A stretch of 64,000 nt of DNA from Rhynchobatus australiae (GCA_034780895.1 JAUZTB010000027.1:37969369-38033368), one strand, 5' to 3'; counted from the first letter of the stretch, positions 50,321 through 64,000 are shown. A program made the numbers and translations. Notes: a model not told the origin generated them from the letters alone.

Positions 50321-52359
50321 GCATGGAGTGAGACTGAATTGACATATTTTGTCTCCCAAATCTGCAAGGTCTGGACTTTGTACTTCATTTTATTTTGAAC
50401 ATATGAACTCCAGTGGTTCCCTATAAATTGCTGGCTATAGGATTCAGCCCAAGATTTAACAACTTTCTAATGGAACACTGATTTACTTGCACATTACTCA
50501 TTTGAGGTCCAGATGTGACAATTTTAGTCCTCGAGACCACAACCCCCAGCTAAATCCTAAACAATAAACTGAGGATGAGTAACAAAAACTTAAGAGTATG
50601 GTTAAAAAGTCACCTAATTAAAGTGTTCAGAATGACAAATTGTTTCTGTAAGACAGATGCAGATAAACTTTCCACTAATGGGGGAATCTAGAACATGGAA
50701 GTTCGAACCTGCAACCATGATATTGACCAAAACACCAAGAAGATCTTCCATGGTCTTATCCAAAACAGCATCATAGAATTTGCTGGATCCACCTGATAGT
50801 AACAGTCCTCCCTCAATAGTGAGCTGGAGTTTCAGTCTTTGTTTATTATTCAAATCTCTGTAGAGCAACCTGTCTCATCATCTTATGCATGGACATAAAT
50901 ACAATCCCTGAGCCACAAATATCATAATCAGCTGATGCTAGATTAAGAACAAGAGTTAATAGCCAAGACATTGAAGAACACGGTGCATTCCAAGGAAAAT
51001 CATAAATTTACAATAATTCAAGATAACCCAACATGAATATGCTTGGCAGATCTTGATTTGCAAGTAAAATAAGTACCATTTGTTCAAAGAAGAAATGCAA
51101 TTCAAACAATGGCTCATAGATAATAGCAAAGTCACACTAATATAGAAAGTTAGTCATAAATCTGGTAAACTAGACTCTTCTCTCTTTAGAAATAGTGGAT
51201 AAACCCACATAAAGCATTGAAAATGTTTATTAAATGGATTACACATGCATCTAATGGAAAATTAACCCAGTAGTATATGATGCTGAATGTTGAAAAAAAA
51301 TCATACCCAAAATTTAATTTCTACTCTGCTTATAACAGTTGAGGTGGCACTGGAACCCTCAAATCTGGAATAGAAAAGAATTCATCAAGGTGCTTGCCCA
51401 TTATAATAACCTGGATATCCCTTCTGGAAGATGTTGGTCAAAAATTTCATAAAACTCAGTACTCTGTTCTTCCCAAGGGATTTTTAAATAAAAATATATT
51501 TTTAAAGTTTACAATGAGCATGTGCAAGTTATCCAGTACTATCTTATGCTGAATGAAAACTCTAAACCTCAAGGAGTTTCCAGATAAAATGAACACTCTT
51601 TTTCCATTATCCTACAACTAGTGTAACCTTGCATGTACCCAACGATGCTACTGCAGTTGCATGTTATGTTCTTATTTTGCTAGCCACCCAACCACAACTT
51701 ACCTTCATGTACCATTACATCTCAGTGAACATTCAGTGAACAGAACCAAATAAAAGATGGAAGAAAGAACAGAAAATATAGAAGCCTAATATACAACATG
51801 TTACAATACCAGAATGTCAAATCCAAAGCTTCGTTCACAGTACACACTAATTTTGTCCAACTGGAGAAATGTTTTCCGGACAATGGTGAATTACGCCCCT
51901 GTTATCAATACCACAAACACCAGTGCTTAAGAAACACAATTCCTTACTTATAAAATGTGTTACATCATTAAGCAGCTCAGTTCCCAATCCTGCCAGAGAA
52001 CTACTGGATAATACAGGCGAGCCCATGTTTTGGCCATTCAGGTTACAGAAGTTTGCCTTTACTGAATTCACAAATTACTGCCCAAAAATATGAGATACAG
52101 AATAAAATTCACTTTCATGGAATGTGTGAGAAAAACTCGTGTTTCCTTATGTATGCGCAGATGAGGCGGTTTCGCATTACAGAATATTGCAATGCAGCTA
52201 GTTTTCTAGGAAAGCAACTCCCCATCCATAACGTAGGTGTCACCTAGAAAGAATAAATGCACAACTCACATAGGTTTACAAGTATTCTATAACAATATCC
52301 TAATTAACCAAATATCAAACCAAAAATCAACTTTAAGCACAAAATGTGGAAGTGCATTG

Positions 52360-53160
52360 AACTGTGAAAGAATAGTAATAGACTTTAAGAGAATATATAC
52401 AGGCTGATAAAATGGGTGAACACACAGCAGTTTTTTTTGCATTAAGTTTCATCTAGTAAGTATTATATTTCAGAAAGAAGAAAAATAAACATCAATATAA
52501 ATAGAAGGTCTGCTTCTAAAACTGGAACAGGGACACATACTCAAAGGCGTGTGAGCTTGAATCAATGAAAGTAATAGAGAAGGTCAAGAAAGTAGTCATA
52601 AATGGACAATGGATCATAGATTTTATAAACAGAGTACAAAACACTAGAACGAGGATGTCATGATGAACCTTTGTAAAACACTAGTTCAGCCACAACTTGA
52701 GTCTGGTGCCCAGTTCTATGCAGCACACAAAATAGTTATGTAGGCTTTGGAGGGTTACAGGAGAGATTTACAAGAATGATTCCATAGATAAAGAACTGTA
52801 ATTACATGGGAAGACCAAAGAAGCTGGGGTTGTTGTCTTTGGGTCAGGATTAGTTGATGAGGGATCTGACAGAGATATGGAGAAAGGTCAAGAACCAGGT
52901 GAGAAACAAAACAAGCCAAAAAGGTGGGGAGAGGAAAATCTATGCACAGAGTGGTTAGGATCTGGAAAGCACTGTCAGGAGATTACTGGGTGATTCATAT
53001 GTGCCATTCAACAGGAAAATTTCTTTCCATGAAAGGAAACAAGTTTGCAGGGCGATGAGGAAACAGCAGGGTGTGGAACCTGCTGGATTGCTTTTGGTAG
53101 AGTCAATATGAACTCCACAGGTCAAATGGCCTCCTTCCACAGTAACCTTTGTGATTCTAT
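52360..53160 (+). mobile_element. Degraded CR1 LINE 3' portion
   Basis: aaaacactagttcagccacaacttgagtctggtgcccagttct (KTLVQPQLESGAQF, like VRPHLEYCVQFW)...ggtcaaatggcctccttcc tail. Confidence 0.7.
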
Positions 53161-53221
53161 CCTGTATCACTGAAATGAGCATTTCAAAAGTTCAGTAAGT
53201 TTATGTTAGAAGCTCAAGTAA

Positions 53222-53375
53222 TAACAGAAAATGATGGAAATACTCAGCAGGTTAGGCAGCATCTGTAGAAAGAGAAATAAAGTTAATGTCTCAGGTCAAA
53301 AATCCTTCATCAGAACTGCCTGACCTGCTGAATGCTTCAAACATTTGTTAATTCAGATCTCCAGTATCTGCAGGT
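53222..53375. mobile_element. Penelope-derived fragment with degenerate hammerhead core
   Basis: aacagaaaatgatggaaatactcagcaggttaggcagcatctg...tcaggtcaaaaatccttcatcagaactgcctgacctgctga. Confidence 0.7.
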
Positions 53376-53460
53376 TTTTTTTCCTAACTTTCAAATTTAT
53401 ATTGGAAACTTGAAAGGATTACCAATTTTGTTGTGATGTTGTGCCTACTATGTAAATAAA

Positions 53461-53790
53461 TGGGTATGGTAGCATCATGGTTAAATTACTAGAATAACAG
53501 CTTGAGATGCAAGATCAAATTCACAATGGCAGGTGGGGAAGCTTAAANNNNNNNNNNNNNNNNNNNNNNNNNNNNNNNNNNNNNNNNNNNNNNNNNNNNN
53601 NNNNNNNNTGGCATACCAATGTCCTTCTTTCTTGAATCTCCTTTCTTGATCTGCCATCCCCACCTAGTGTGGTCTCCTCATAACTGCAGACCCACTTAAC
53701 TGCCTTGTCAGTTCAGGGACAAATAGGATGAATCATAAATGCCAGCATTGACACTGATGTTAACATTGCGTAAACAAATTAAAAAATAAC
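53461..53790 (+). mobile_element. tRNA-derived SINE (family of 4801 and 18790), gapped
   Basis: gggtatggtagcatcatggtta...gatcaaattcacaatggcag...ttcagggacaaataggatgaatcataaatgccagc...aaaaaataa. Confidence 0.6.
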
Positions 53791-55360
53791 TCAAAAGGCT
53801 TTGATTAACACAGGAACTGAAACAAGAGACTTCCGTAACATTCTTACCTTAATTTCTGGTGTTTACACTCTAACCCAATTTAGGAAAATTGGTGATTAAT
53901 AAAGTATATCAAATTATTAAAAGCTGAGGATTTTAGATCACTTTTCATTGAATTCCTATCAGGAAGTTTTAGCCCTGCTGTAACATTTAGCCCTAGAAAT
54001 CAGATGGCTAAAAAATTTCTAGCCATTGGAGAGAAAGCCAATCTCACCCAAAGTAATGGTTAACTTCAGGTTCTCTCATTGACATCAGTACCCTGCAGGA
54101 CACAGTGCTATCAGCTAGAGTTCACGATCCTGGATACGATCCTGTGAGCCTTACCAGTTCCACTGAAACCGTAGAGCAGATAGAATTAGCTTCTTCAGGA
54201 AAAGAAACAAAGTTTCAAAGAATCAGTGCTTTGCAAGCAAATGTATTTTTACAGTTAGTGGTGACCATTGTGCTTTTTAATTCAAAATAGGCATTGCTTA
54301 TTTTAACTATAATTGGCAGTTCTAACTAGGTACAAAACAGACTAAGCCAGAAAATTAATGATGAAAGGCAGGTTATGTCAAATAAGTTTCCCATTCATTC
54401 ATTTTTGAAATAAGAACAATTTTATTATTTGCTAAACTGAAAGGAATACAATACCAAGACAAGATAAAACATACTGTTAATTTGCTCACTTAATCTTAAT
54501 TCACCTTCAACTGCTCTCCCCACAAGCAACAAACAAGGTGTACATGAGTACTTTTCTCATGTCACTGCTTGAAATACCCAAATTAAAAACATTCCAGGTC
54601 AAGTTAATAAACAAGGTCCCATGCTCATTTTACTTAAACCTCATCTTGTAACCCCACTCTACGTCGCTCCCCCATTCCAAAGAAGTGATTTAGAATACAG
54701 TTTTGCAATCATCCTTAGATCATTTGTCAAAGTTGTAATCACAACAGAAGTAGGAAACATTGCACTGGTGGACTCTCAGAAAGCTTTAAAAATGTTAAAA
54801 GGAAAAGTGGCTATACTAATCTTAAATGGTTTCATAAATAAAAAATAGGCAAAGTGGTAGAATAGAATGTACTACTGATGGAACTTGAGGGTAACAGAAG
54901 TTCACAATATTCATTATTGTTCAATATCTTTATTCAATAGTTAGTGAAGTGTTTATCCTTTGAGAAAGTGGCCTGGAAATTTTCTTTTCACAATGTCATT
55001 AAAAAGCGTTGTACAACTGAAAATAGGATTACTATGGAGTAGAGTAGTATGTGCTTATTTTACATGCTAATTACATGCAAGTCAGCTTTCTCTGTATGTT
55101 CAATAACTCTTCTCCAGAATCAGAAATGATTTCCAATGACTATTTGTCTGCATCTAAAACTTAACTATTTGTAGCTGGACCTCATGTGTCAGGGACATCA
55201 TGGGCAATGACAGGGACTCTGTGGGAAGTGGTATTGAACACTCATCACGCAAGATCTTATGCACTCAATGTCTACTACATCTGTGATGTTCTGCAATCTC
55301 AAATACAGGCTCAGACACACCTTGAATGTTTTGCCTGTGAAATTTTTACAGTCATTTAGC

Positions 55361-55710
55361 TGGCAGTGCAATAGGTAGTGATGCTGCCTCATTGCTCCTG
55401 CTGCCCGAGTTTGATTTTAATACCTGGTGCTGTCAGTGTGAAGTTTGTTGTGTTTTCCCTATGACTAAGTGTTTCCCCACAGGTACTTCAGTTAACTCCC
55501 ACATTCCAAGGATATGCTAATTTCGTAGGTTAATTGGTGATCGTAAATTATTCCTAGTGTAGAAGGATGGGGAGTTGATGGATCTGAGAGAGAGAATGTT
55601 ACAGAGAAGTAATTTGAGGGAATGGGATTGGTGAAATTGCATCAAGAACTAGCTAGCATTGACTCAATGGGTTGAATGGCCTCCTTCTGTGTCACAAGGA
55701 AAAATAAGAA
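55361..55710 (+). mobile_element. Older V-SINE with CR1-type tail
   Basis: ggtgctgtcagtgtgaagtttg...ctcccacattccaagga...gtaggttaattgg...atgggttgaatggcctccttctgtg. Confidence 0.75.
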
Positions 55711-55999
55711 ATGAACTTCCTAACTCTAGTGTTATTCCAGGCTGCAACTGCGGATGTCTACCACATTTCAAATTTGCTGCATTAGGGAGATTCCACAAAC
55801 TCCATTTTCACTGGGATAAGAATTTATTTGTTCTTTCCTTCAGTTCTCAGGAGCAAGTAAAGTGTACGTGGCGATTCATTAGAATTGCAGACTTCACACA
55901 CGCCCCCCCCCCGCCAAAGTTCATGGACTGCGCTCAAATAATATCATATCTTAGACAGATATTGCTACTATAAAGTGCCCAATTGTAGCTCTGGCCCCC

Positions 56000-56137
56000 T
56001 TAGGAAGTTGTGGGCATGCTATGTTGGCGCCGGAAGCATGGCGACGCTTGTGGGCTGCCCCAGAACACACAATGCAAAGATGCATTTCACTGTGTGTTTT
56101 GATGTACGTGCAGCTAATAAAGATATCTTATCTTATA
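56000..56137 (+). mobile_element. 5'-truncated V-SINE (3' half of the 8597 type)
   Basis: ttaggaagttgtgggcatgctatgttggcgccggaagc...ctaataaagatatcttatctta closely matches 8765-8902. Confidence 0.85.
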
Positions 56138-58581
56138 ATAAACATGCCCCTGTGGGAAATGTTTTTGACCAGCCTGACCATCCTTCTTCAATCATTGCAA
56201 CATCCATTCTTGAAGCTGCATCACACCCCAATAGCTGGAAGAGTACTACTTGTTGTGTACGTCCCTTTAAAGGCTGGTCCGAGGTTGCAACTGTGAGGCT
56301 AAGTCCCTACAGCTGTGAGATCTTGCGATACATCAATAGACTGCTGTGTGCTGAAACTGACACAGGGCAGCTTTACGCAGTGAAATCCAACAATGGTGCT
56401 CTGGGCACCTCACAAATGAAGATTTAAATCTTTAGGAGTCTTTTTAAAAGCACTGGTGTGGCAGACAATGCCGTTTTAATGTCATTAAAATGTAGTCAAA
56501 GTATTTCTTTGCTAGAATCAGTTAAAGATAGACACATACTGAAGGGCTGAGGAATGCAAACAATTAAGGAAGCTGTGTGTGCATTAGAACTAAAAATAGC
56601 AATTATGACTATACCAAAAAATTGCAAATTTAAACAAGGTGCAGCAGGGAGGAGACTTAAATTCAAGAATAAAAAACAGAAAATGTTTTATCAATAGCAG
56701 CAGTCCCAAAGTAAAGGGAAATGCAGCTCAAGTCTCAAGAACAATATGAACCAATAGATCAATATGAACAAAGCACTGGTAAAATGTTGCAGAAACCACA
56801 TTTATGGCTTCATGCAAATGTTTACTAAAAAAAAATCACTGGCAATTGAAACAGCTCAAACAAAAGCAATTAATGGTATTAGCTACTAAATCAATAAATA
56901 AGAGCCAATACTGTTATCTAATTGAGAAATAATGGAAGTAAATGAAGTCAGAAAAAAAATTAACCAAATACTCAAGCCATGAAAATTAGGAGTAATGCTT
57001 ATGGAGAAGCAATGATCTGAACAATGGAGGTAAAAGCACATTAGAAAACAATCCATAAATCATCCCCCATGTTTTCAGTTAGAAAGCATTCTGAATTTAG
57101 GCTCAGTTGAAGTTTTCAAAAGAAACAGAACAACACAAGCTTTTCAGCAAAAAGCAAGTCGAGAANNNNNNNNNNNNNNNNNNNNNNNNNNNNNNNNNNN
57201 NNNNNNNNNNNNNNNNNNNNNNNNNNNNNNNNNNNNNNNNNNNNNNNNNNNNNNNNNNNNNNNNNNNNNNNNNNNNNNNNNNNNNNNNNNNNNNNNNNNN
57301 NNNNNNNNNNNNNNNNNNNNNNNNNNNNNNNNNNNNNNNNNNNNNNNNNNNNNNNNNNNNNNNNNNNNNNNNNNNNNNNNNNNNNNNNNNNNNNNNNNNN
57401 NNNNNNNNNNNNNNNNNNNNNNNNNNNNNNNNNNNNNNNNNNNNNNNNNNNNNNNNNNNNNNNNNNNNNNNNNNNNNNNNNNNNNNNNNNNNNNNNNNNN
57501 NNNNNNNNNNNNNNNNNNNNNNNNNNNNNNNNNNNNNNNNNNNNNNNNNNNNNNNNNNNNNNNNNNNNNNNNNNNNNNNNNNNNNNNNNNNNNNNNNNNN
57601 NNNNNNNNNNNNNNNNNNNNNNNNNNNNNNNNNNNNNNNNNNNNNNNNNNNNNNNNNNNNNNNNNNNNNNNNNNNNNNNNNNNNNNNNNNNNNNNNNNNN
57701 NNNNNNNNNNNNNNNNNNNNNNNNNNNNNNNNNNNNNNNNNNNNNNNNNNNNNNNNNNNNNNNNNNNNNNNNNNNNNNNNNNNNNNNNNATTTGTTGAGT
57801 TGTGTCTGATTGATTATTCGTAACTGATACTACTGGCTATCTAAATCAAGATGAATCATTTCCAACATAGTGCTATTATGAAATTTGTAGCTAATTGGAC
57901 TTTTAACTCATTGGCCTGGATTTTCTGGTCAGTGGCAATAAAATGGTGCTTGTTGCCAATATCAAAGCATTTTGTCGATAAATCTTAAACAAGATTTGTG
58001 CAGTCGATCACCTTTTTGATCAAGACTTACAACAACCAGAACTACATGAGAAATTGATGTATTCAAACAGGCTGAGCACCAAGCAAAAAAAAGTATTAAA
58101 AAAAAAATCACAGATAGATACAAAAGTCATTTTATTTTAATTTTTAAACATTTTCCAGAAAACAACATAAATATTGGGCCACACATTTGAGATTAAGATG
58201 GTTAAAATATTATACTTGTTTAAAAAAACCTCTAGAATTTTTAAATCATAAAATGGAGGAAATGGTGCTTCAGACTTTTTAGAAATTGTAAAAATAAGCC
58301 ATTGAGGTTATTCAGCTATTCTGCAGTATATCTTGAAAAATTCAGTTAGACCACATTGCACAAGGTTAAACCATTTTAATAGTTTTAATAGTTAAGATAG
58401 CACAAAAGAAATTGAAGTTTCCTTCAAATCAATGACACACCTGTGCAGCAGCAGGGTATCAATGACAGAAACCTAAGGATTTATGCATTTAACTATGCAC
58501 TTGCAGACCCAAGAGACTGCTTCTCAATTTAAAGTGCTAACAGTAATGGCCAACAGTTATATCATTGTTATATGTATTTGA

Positions 58582-58745
58582 CAGGTATCTAATTAGATTA
58601 GGATTGATAGGTATCTAATTAGTCAAGGCATCATAGGATATGGGGTAAAGGCCGGAAATTGGGGCTAAATAGGAATAGTTTAGTTTAACTCATGGAGCAG
58701 ACACGATGGGCCGAATGGCCTACTTCTGCTCCTTTGTCTTGTGAT
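58582..58745 (+). mobile_element. Young CR1 LINE 3' end
   Basis: gataggtatctaattagtcaaggcatc...gatgggccgaatggcctacttctgctcctttgtcttgtgatc. The 14-mer aggtatctaattag is duplicated at the 5' junction. Confidence 0.75.
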
Positions 58746-61700
58746 CAAAAATAATCTAATTTTTATCAGATTGACGAGAATGTGCGATGTTGCAAGGCTG
58801 AGAACAAACACAAGGCCAATTTTAAATCCATGCTAACCAATTTGCTTCTGATGTTTAAACAATATCAAACATTCAACCATTGAGAATATAGAATGCTTTC
58901 CAGTGGTTTAACATCACATGGACACAACTCCATCTCTAATTCTGCTCTGAGTTGAGACAGCTTAGCATCAGCCAAGATGGTGACATCAATACAATAATTC
59001 CCCTTGACAGGAAATCTCCAACATATGTTTTTGGATGATGCTGCAGATACAGATGAGAAATGGGGCTTGACTCACTAAGTATTTGTTAGTAACAGATATA
59101 CATGATCACAAAGGAAATAATCTAATCTTGGATGGTGTACAAATGTGGTCAAACAGCTTTAAACATTTTAGCTTTTCAGCAAAAATGAATTACCCTCATA
59201 TCCTTGAAGGACTGTATGGTTGCATTTCCTTTCCTTTCATGAATCATTAAAACAAGACAGAATGATAGCTACCTACAAAAAAAACATCAAAAAACACTTA
59301 AAAATGCTCATCACCCATCATACTAATTCCTGTAACAGCACTTCACTATAAAGATAATCAAACTTGATTCAGGGCTTCTCCATGTTAGGCCAAGGAGTTA
59401 CAACTTCTCTGCTGCTTAAAGTGACACTGAAAGACTTCTACTCCAAGGGGACAATTCCTTAATCTACAGAGAGTTTTCGAAAAGCATGACTAACACAAAC
59501 AGTTTGCTCATCCTCTTTTGTTTAAGCATGTTGGATCTAATTTGCTCCCCCTAGTTTTAGTCTTCCTTGTATGCATTATTAGAAACTAAATACAACAAAC
59601 AATAAAGGATATCTTAAGTGTTGAGGAGCCCAAATGCTTGAACCAGATTTGAGCAGAAGACTGTGGGTTGACACTTTGTACATATAGTGATCTAGCATGC
59701 AGAGGTGTTGGGTATGCAGTAAACAAACAGCATATAATGCTCATTTAAATGTCACATTCGCACAATATGGCCAGCAAGAATACTGAGGAAGGTTTTAACC
59801 AGAGACTTGAGATTTGTTCAGAGTCTAAGTACCAGACTCTACCTGGGCCAATTTAAACTTTTGAGAAAGATAATCCCAAAAAGAAATAAAAGAATGAAAA
59901 GCAACGGGATAGGATTGGATGGAACACAGCAAAACTAATTAATAGCAAGCATTTCAGACCATCTCCACAGTACAATAGCTTTCAGGAATTCAGTTTGGAC
60001 AACAATGTGACTGTGAGGAAAATGAATTTCGACAGCTTCCACTTCAATCATCATATCCAATTAAAGAACTATGGCACAATCAGTTTTGTAAGATACAGAC
60101 ACTAACACAGATTAAAAAGTCATGAAAACCTGCAGAATGTTTGGGGTTACTTTGAATGCGGTTTTTGCCTCAACCTACATGCATAAAGGGACATGAAACA
60201 GAGTCCATAATGTGAAGCATCACAGGCTTTAATGTCTTATTGAACAACTGCTTAAATCAACTGCAAACTGAAGCAATTTGAAACAAATCATATTGATTGC
60301 CCACAGACAGCTGATAAATAATCTTTTTTCAAATACATTCAGTTAAAAACTAGGTCTTAGCTGGGCAAGACACTTTACTTCCACCTCCAGCTGCATCAGA
60401 CAGAAATTTAATTAATCTCTTCACCAGGGTGGTTGCATTTCAGTCCCAAGCTCCCAATCTTTAGGAACCCATTGCTGAGAGGAGTAAGTTGGTCAGAAGA
60501 CATCCTTGTCAGCCTGTTCCTGGGCCTTGCCAGGTAGTCATTCACATGTCCAGGTAATGGACCATGGGTGGTGTATTGGTGCTGACTGCTTGTTCCTCTT
60601 GAGGTTACATCCATGTAAGGGTGTCCTTGGAGAGAGAGAGCACATGGTGTCCACTGGCTTATTGGAGGCCCTAATGGACCCATAGGCACCACATTAGCTG
60701 AGGTATATCCTGGACATTTTAAGTTTTATGTAATGTTGTAAACAAATTACGAAAAAAGCACACAGGTGGGTCCTAAGGATAAAGGCCACGAAGAAGGAAA
60801 AAAAGACCCCAGCTACCTTTATACACAATGCATTTATTGACAACATAGAGACTGCATTCAAAGATTCAAGCAGTAAATAAACTTAACACCTCCTTTGAGA
60901 CAACCAGTTTATGAAGTTTGGGGAAGATAAATGTTCTAAAGTCACTTCCATAAACCAGCTTCTTAGCCTACATCTGGTGCTTAGGGAAGACTGGCTGTAA
61001 GCACCATTCACTAACAAGGAAAACAAGCAATATTTCAAACATTGATGGTCAACACCAAAAGTTCACAACAGAGATAAGCACTGCTTCACTGTTCTCAAAT
61101 GTCTACCTGCAATATTACTATTTCCTTCAGTATTTTGTCAATCCCCAGCACGCTAGGATATTGAAAATGTCTTGTGTTAACAGGAATGAAAGGAATGTTG
61201 GCCTGAAAATTACATCCATCAGTGCCTGCTCTGCACAAACTGTGCATCAAAGTGACTTAAACAAAGTTAGCTCATGTTAGCAATCATTTCTGGGTGAAAT
61301 TGCACCCATCAGGAATTTAGCTAAAGAAGATATTGGTAATCAAATGAATAGTCAAAGAAGTAAATTTAAACTCCAAAGGATAGGAATGAAGTGGAAAAGC
61401 AAGAAGAATTGGAGGAATGCGGTGTCAAAAGTTTAGATGAAAGAAACTGGGTATTCATGAGTTCCCTAAATGCAGAGTTTTGAAGGGTTGTGTAGTGGAA
61501 AAGGCTATGGTAGGATTTAATAAAAATTATACTTTTAAATTTAAGGCCTTCAAGGATCATACATTTTGATTAAAGGTTTTTTTAAAAGCGATTCATTGCA
61601 AAACTTGTGCTATTAAATTACAAGAGAAAACTTTGGAAGTTCCAATGGCATTCAGTATCATTTCTGCACGTCTGTAATTACTGTAGTTTGCTCTTACCGT

Positions 61701-61859
61701 AGTGAAATTATACGCAAGACAAAAATACATGTGAGGAAAATAAACATGCAAATGTTCTATGAAAGATAATACTTATTTGCGGAATGGGAAAGGATATCTC
61801 GGAGACCGGTATTTCATTTCTATTTTTCAGCCTTTACAGGTTGTAGGTTCACCATCATG

Positions 61860-63300
61860 CATTTACTTGGCTATAGGAGGAAGCCGAGCTGGACCATCTA
61901 TTTGGCAGTTCCAGCCATGGATGGTTGAAAGTACACTAGCCTTGTTTTTTGTGCTCACAAAATGGGCTCTACCATCTATGTCTNNNNNNNNNNNNNNNNN
62001 NNNNNNNNNNNNNNNNNNNNNNNNNNNNNNNNNNNNNNNNNNNNNNNNNNNNNNNNNNNNNNNNNNNNNNNNNNNNNNNNNNNNNNNNNNNNTAATATCC
62101 TGCTCACTGATGCCCAGTTTGAGCTTCATCAGGACCACTCTGTTCTAAATCCTATTGCAGACTTGGTCCAAAATTGGACAGCTAAATTCCAAAGATGAGG
62201 TGAGAACCTTTGCTATGAATGCAGCACTTGACAATGTTGCATGAAGGAGGCCTGGTAAAACCAAAGCCAACAGGCATCAAAAAAACACTACTGTAGCTGG
62301 AGTCATACATTGCACCAATGAAGATGGTTGTGCTTGATAGTGATCAATCATTCCAAACCCAGGACACCACCACAGGAGTTCCTCAGGGCAGTGTTCAAGG
62401 CCCAACCATCTTCAGCTGCTTCATCTATGACCTTCCTCCCTTTCAAAATGTCAGAAATGGGAATATTTGCTGATGATTGCATAATGTTCAATTTCTCTCA
62501 CTATTACTCAGCCTTCATACAGCATGACCTAGATAACATTCAGGCTTGGAATGATGAGTAATAGGCAACATCTGGGCCACTAAAGTACCAGGGAATGACC
62601 ACCTTGAACAAGGGAGCCTAACCACCTCCCCTTGATATTTATTGGCATGGCCTGGGAGTCACAACTGACCAAACTTCAATTAATAACATAAAAACTCTGG
62701 CCACAAGAGTAGCAGAGAAGCTGTGCATTCTGCAGTGTGCGACTTGCCCCCTGACATCCCAAAAGCCCTTCCACCATTTACAAGCCACAAGTCAGGAGCA
62801 CGATGCAATAATCTCTGCTCGGTTAGATAATTGCAATTCCAACATGCTGAAGCAGCTCAACACTATCTAGAACAAATCAGCACACTTCATTGGCATCCCA
62901 TCTACTACTCTCAATATTCAATTCCACCAGCACTATTGCACAGTAGCTGAAGTGTGTACTACCTACAATATGCACTGCAATTATTGGCCCAGGCTGCTGG
63001 TCAGCACTTCCCAAACCTGCAACCTCCAGGGCCAAGGATAAAGGGAACAGGTGCATGTGAACACTTCTACCTGTAAGTTCCCTTTCAAGTTGCATGCCAT
63101 CCTGATGTAAAAAAACATTGCTGGTCCTGCACTGTCACAGGATCTAAATTCTGCAACTTCCCCCCAACAGCACTGTCTGAGTACCTCCATCAGGACTGCA
63201 GCTGTTCAAGGTGGTGGGTCAGCTCTACCTTCTCAAGCGTAATTAGTGATGACCGAAGTAAATGCAGGTCTTGTCAGTGACATCCAGATCTCAAAAAAAA
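61860..63300 (+). mobile_element. 5'-truncated CR1/L2-group LINE (RT plus tail), degraded
   Basis: ORF 62328..62561 MGIFADDCIMF...QHDLDNIQAW; upstream ggagttcctcagggcagtgttcaaggccca (GVPQGSVQGP). Tail ctgttcaaggtgg...ccttctcaagcgtaattagtgatg...taaatgcagg...aaaaaaaa. Confidence 0.8.
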
Positions 63301-63579
63301 ATTAATTAAAATAACTATGTTCAGTGCTCTTGCAAGTCTCAGTGTTCAGTATTGAGAAGTACTGATTTATCAGCAGAGGAAAGACTTTGAATCGTAAGTA
63401 GCAGGAAATTTCTTTTCCCGTACTTAACCCGATGCCACAACACTTCATAAAGTCCCAGGTCAATACTGAGAACTCACTGAGCCAATCCTTTCTGACAAAG
63501 TACCAATGTACCCCCAGCTCTGTCCTGCTGCTGGGCTGGGATTACAATGGAAGGTCATCAACCTGAAAACTTTTCCAAC

Positions 63580-63760
63580 CCATGTACGTGTCCAACTGTC
63601 TTTTAAAAGTTGTTATTGTACCTACCTCACCCACTTCCTCTGGCAACTCATTCCATATATGTACCACCCTCTGTGTAAAAAAGTTACCCCTCAAGTTCCT
63701 AAAAAAATCTTTCCCCTCTCATCTTAAACCTATGCCCCCTAGTTCTTGATTCCTGTGCTC
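63580..63760 (-). mobile_element. CR1 LINE 3' fragment
   Basis: tccaactgtcttttaaaagttgttattgtacctacctc...ctggcaactcattccat...accaccctctgtgtaaaaaagttacccctc is the reverse complement of the 11540 type. Confidence 0.75.
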
Positions 63761-64000
63761 CTGCACTCACAGTTAAGGCAAACTGTGTAAATTGCCTTTA
63801 CTGAAGGACACTAGTGAACATAAATGGTCACCAATTGTTAGACTGATATTTGAAAAGCGTCCTAGTGATTTAATTAATTATTAACTGATTAATTTAAATA
63901 AGCTAAAACTCATTTAATTATTTGAATTTAATTTTGAATTCATATTTGCAGGTTAATACAGCCCCTGAATTGCTTATCCAGTAATTTAACCAGTACAGCA

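Noticed and set aside
57107-57823. 238-aa ORF and other X-rich ORFs
   Set aside because: They are artefacts of translating through N-gaps.

Overview
This is vertebrate genomic DNA from a draft assembly with many N-gaps. The SINE/LINE repertoire points to a cartilaginous fish, probably a ray, skate or sawfish (inference). The window holds the 3' part of a minus-strand RANBP10 gene (Ran-binding protein 10, a CTLH/GID E3-ligase subunit). I rebuilt 11 coding exons by hand, all with GT-AG boundaries and consistent phases; they are exons 4-14 in human numbering, 1460 coding nt or about 486 aa (SPRY C-terminal part, LisH, CTLH, Ser-rich linker, CRA, stop at 2968). Exons 1-3 were not found. They lie beyond 64000 or inside a gap, so 33387-64000 is probably one long intron. 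Positions 1-2967 look like 3'UTR. The introns contain degraded CR1, RTE, L2 and Rex/Babar-like LINEs, V-SINEs, Deu-domain SINEs, Penelope-derived fold-back elements and a Tigger-like MITE. I see no clear novel protein-coding system. The best leads are: a strong-splice-site candidate poison or mutually exclusive micro-exon next to exon 5; a LINE that appears to carry a tRNA-like head shared with local SINEs; Penelope-derived minimal hammerhead-ribozyme relics in the sense orientation of the pre-mRNA; and a 54-nt near-perfect palindrome. Repeat family names are from recall of consensus motifs, not from database searches, and repeat boundaries are approximate.
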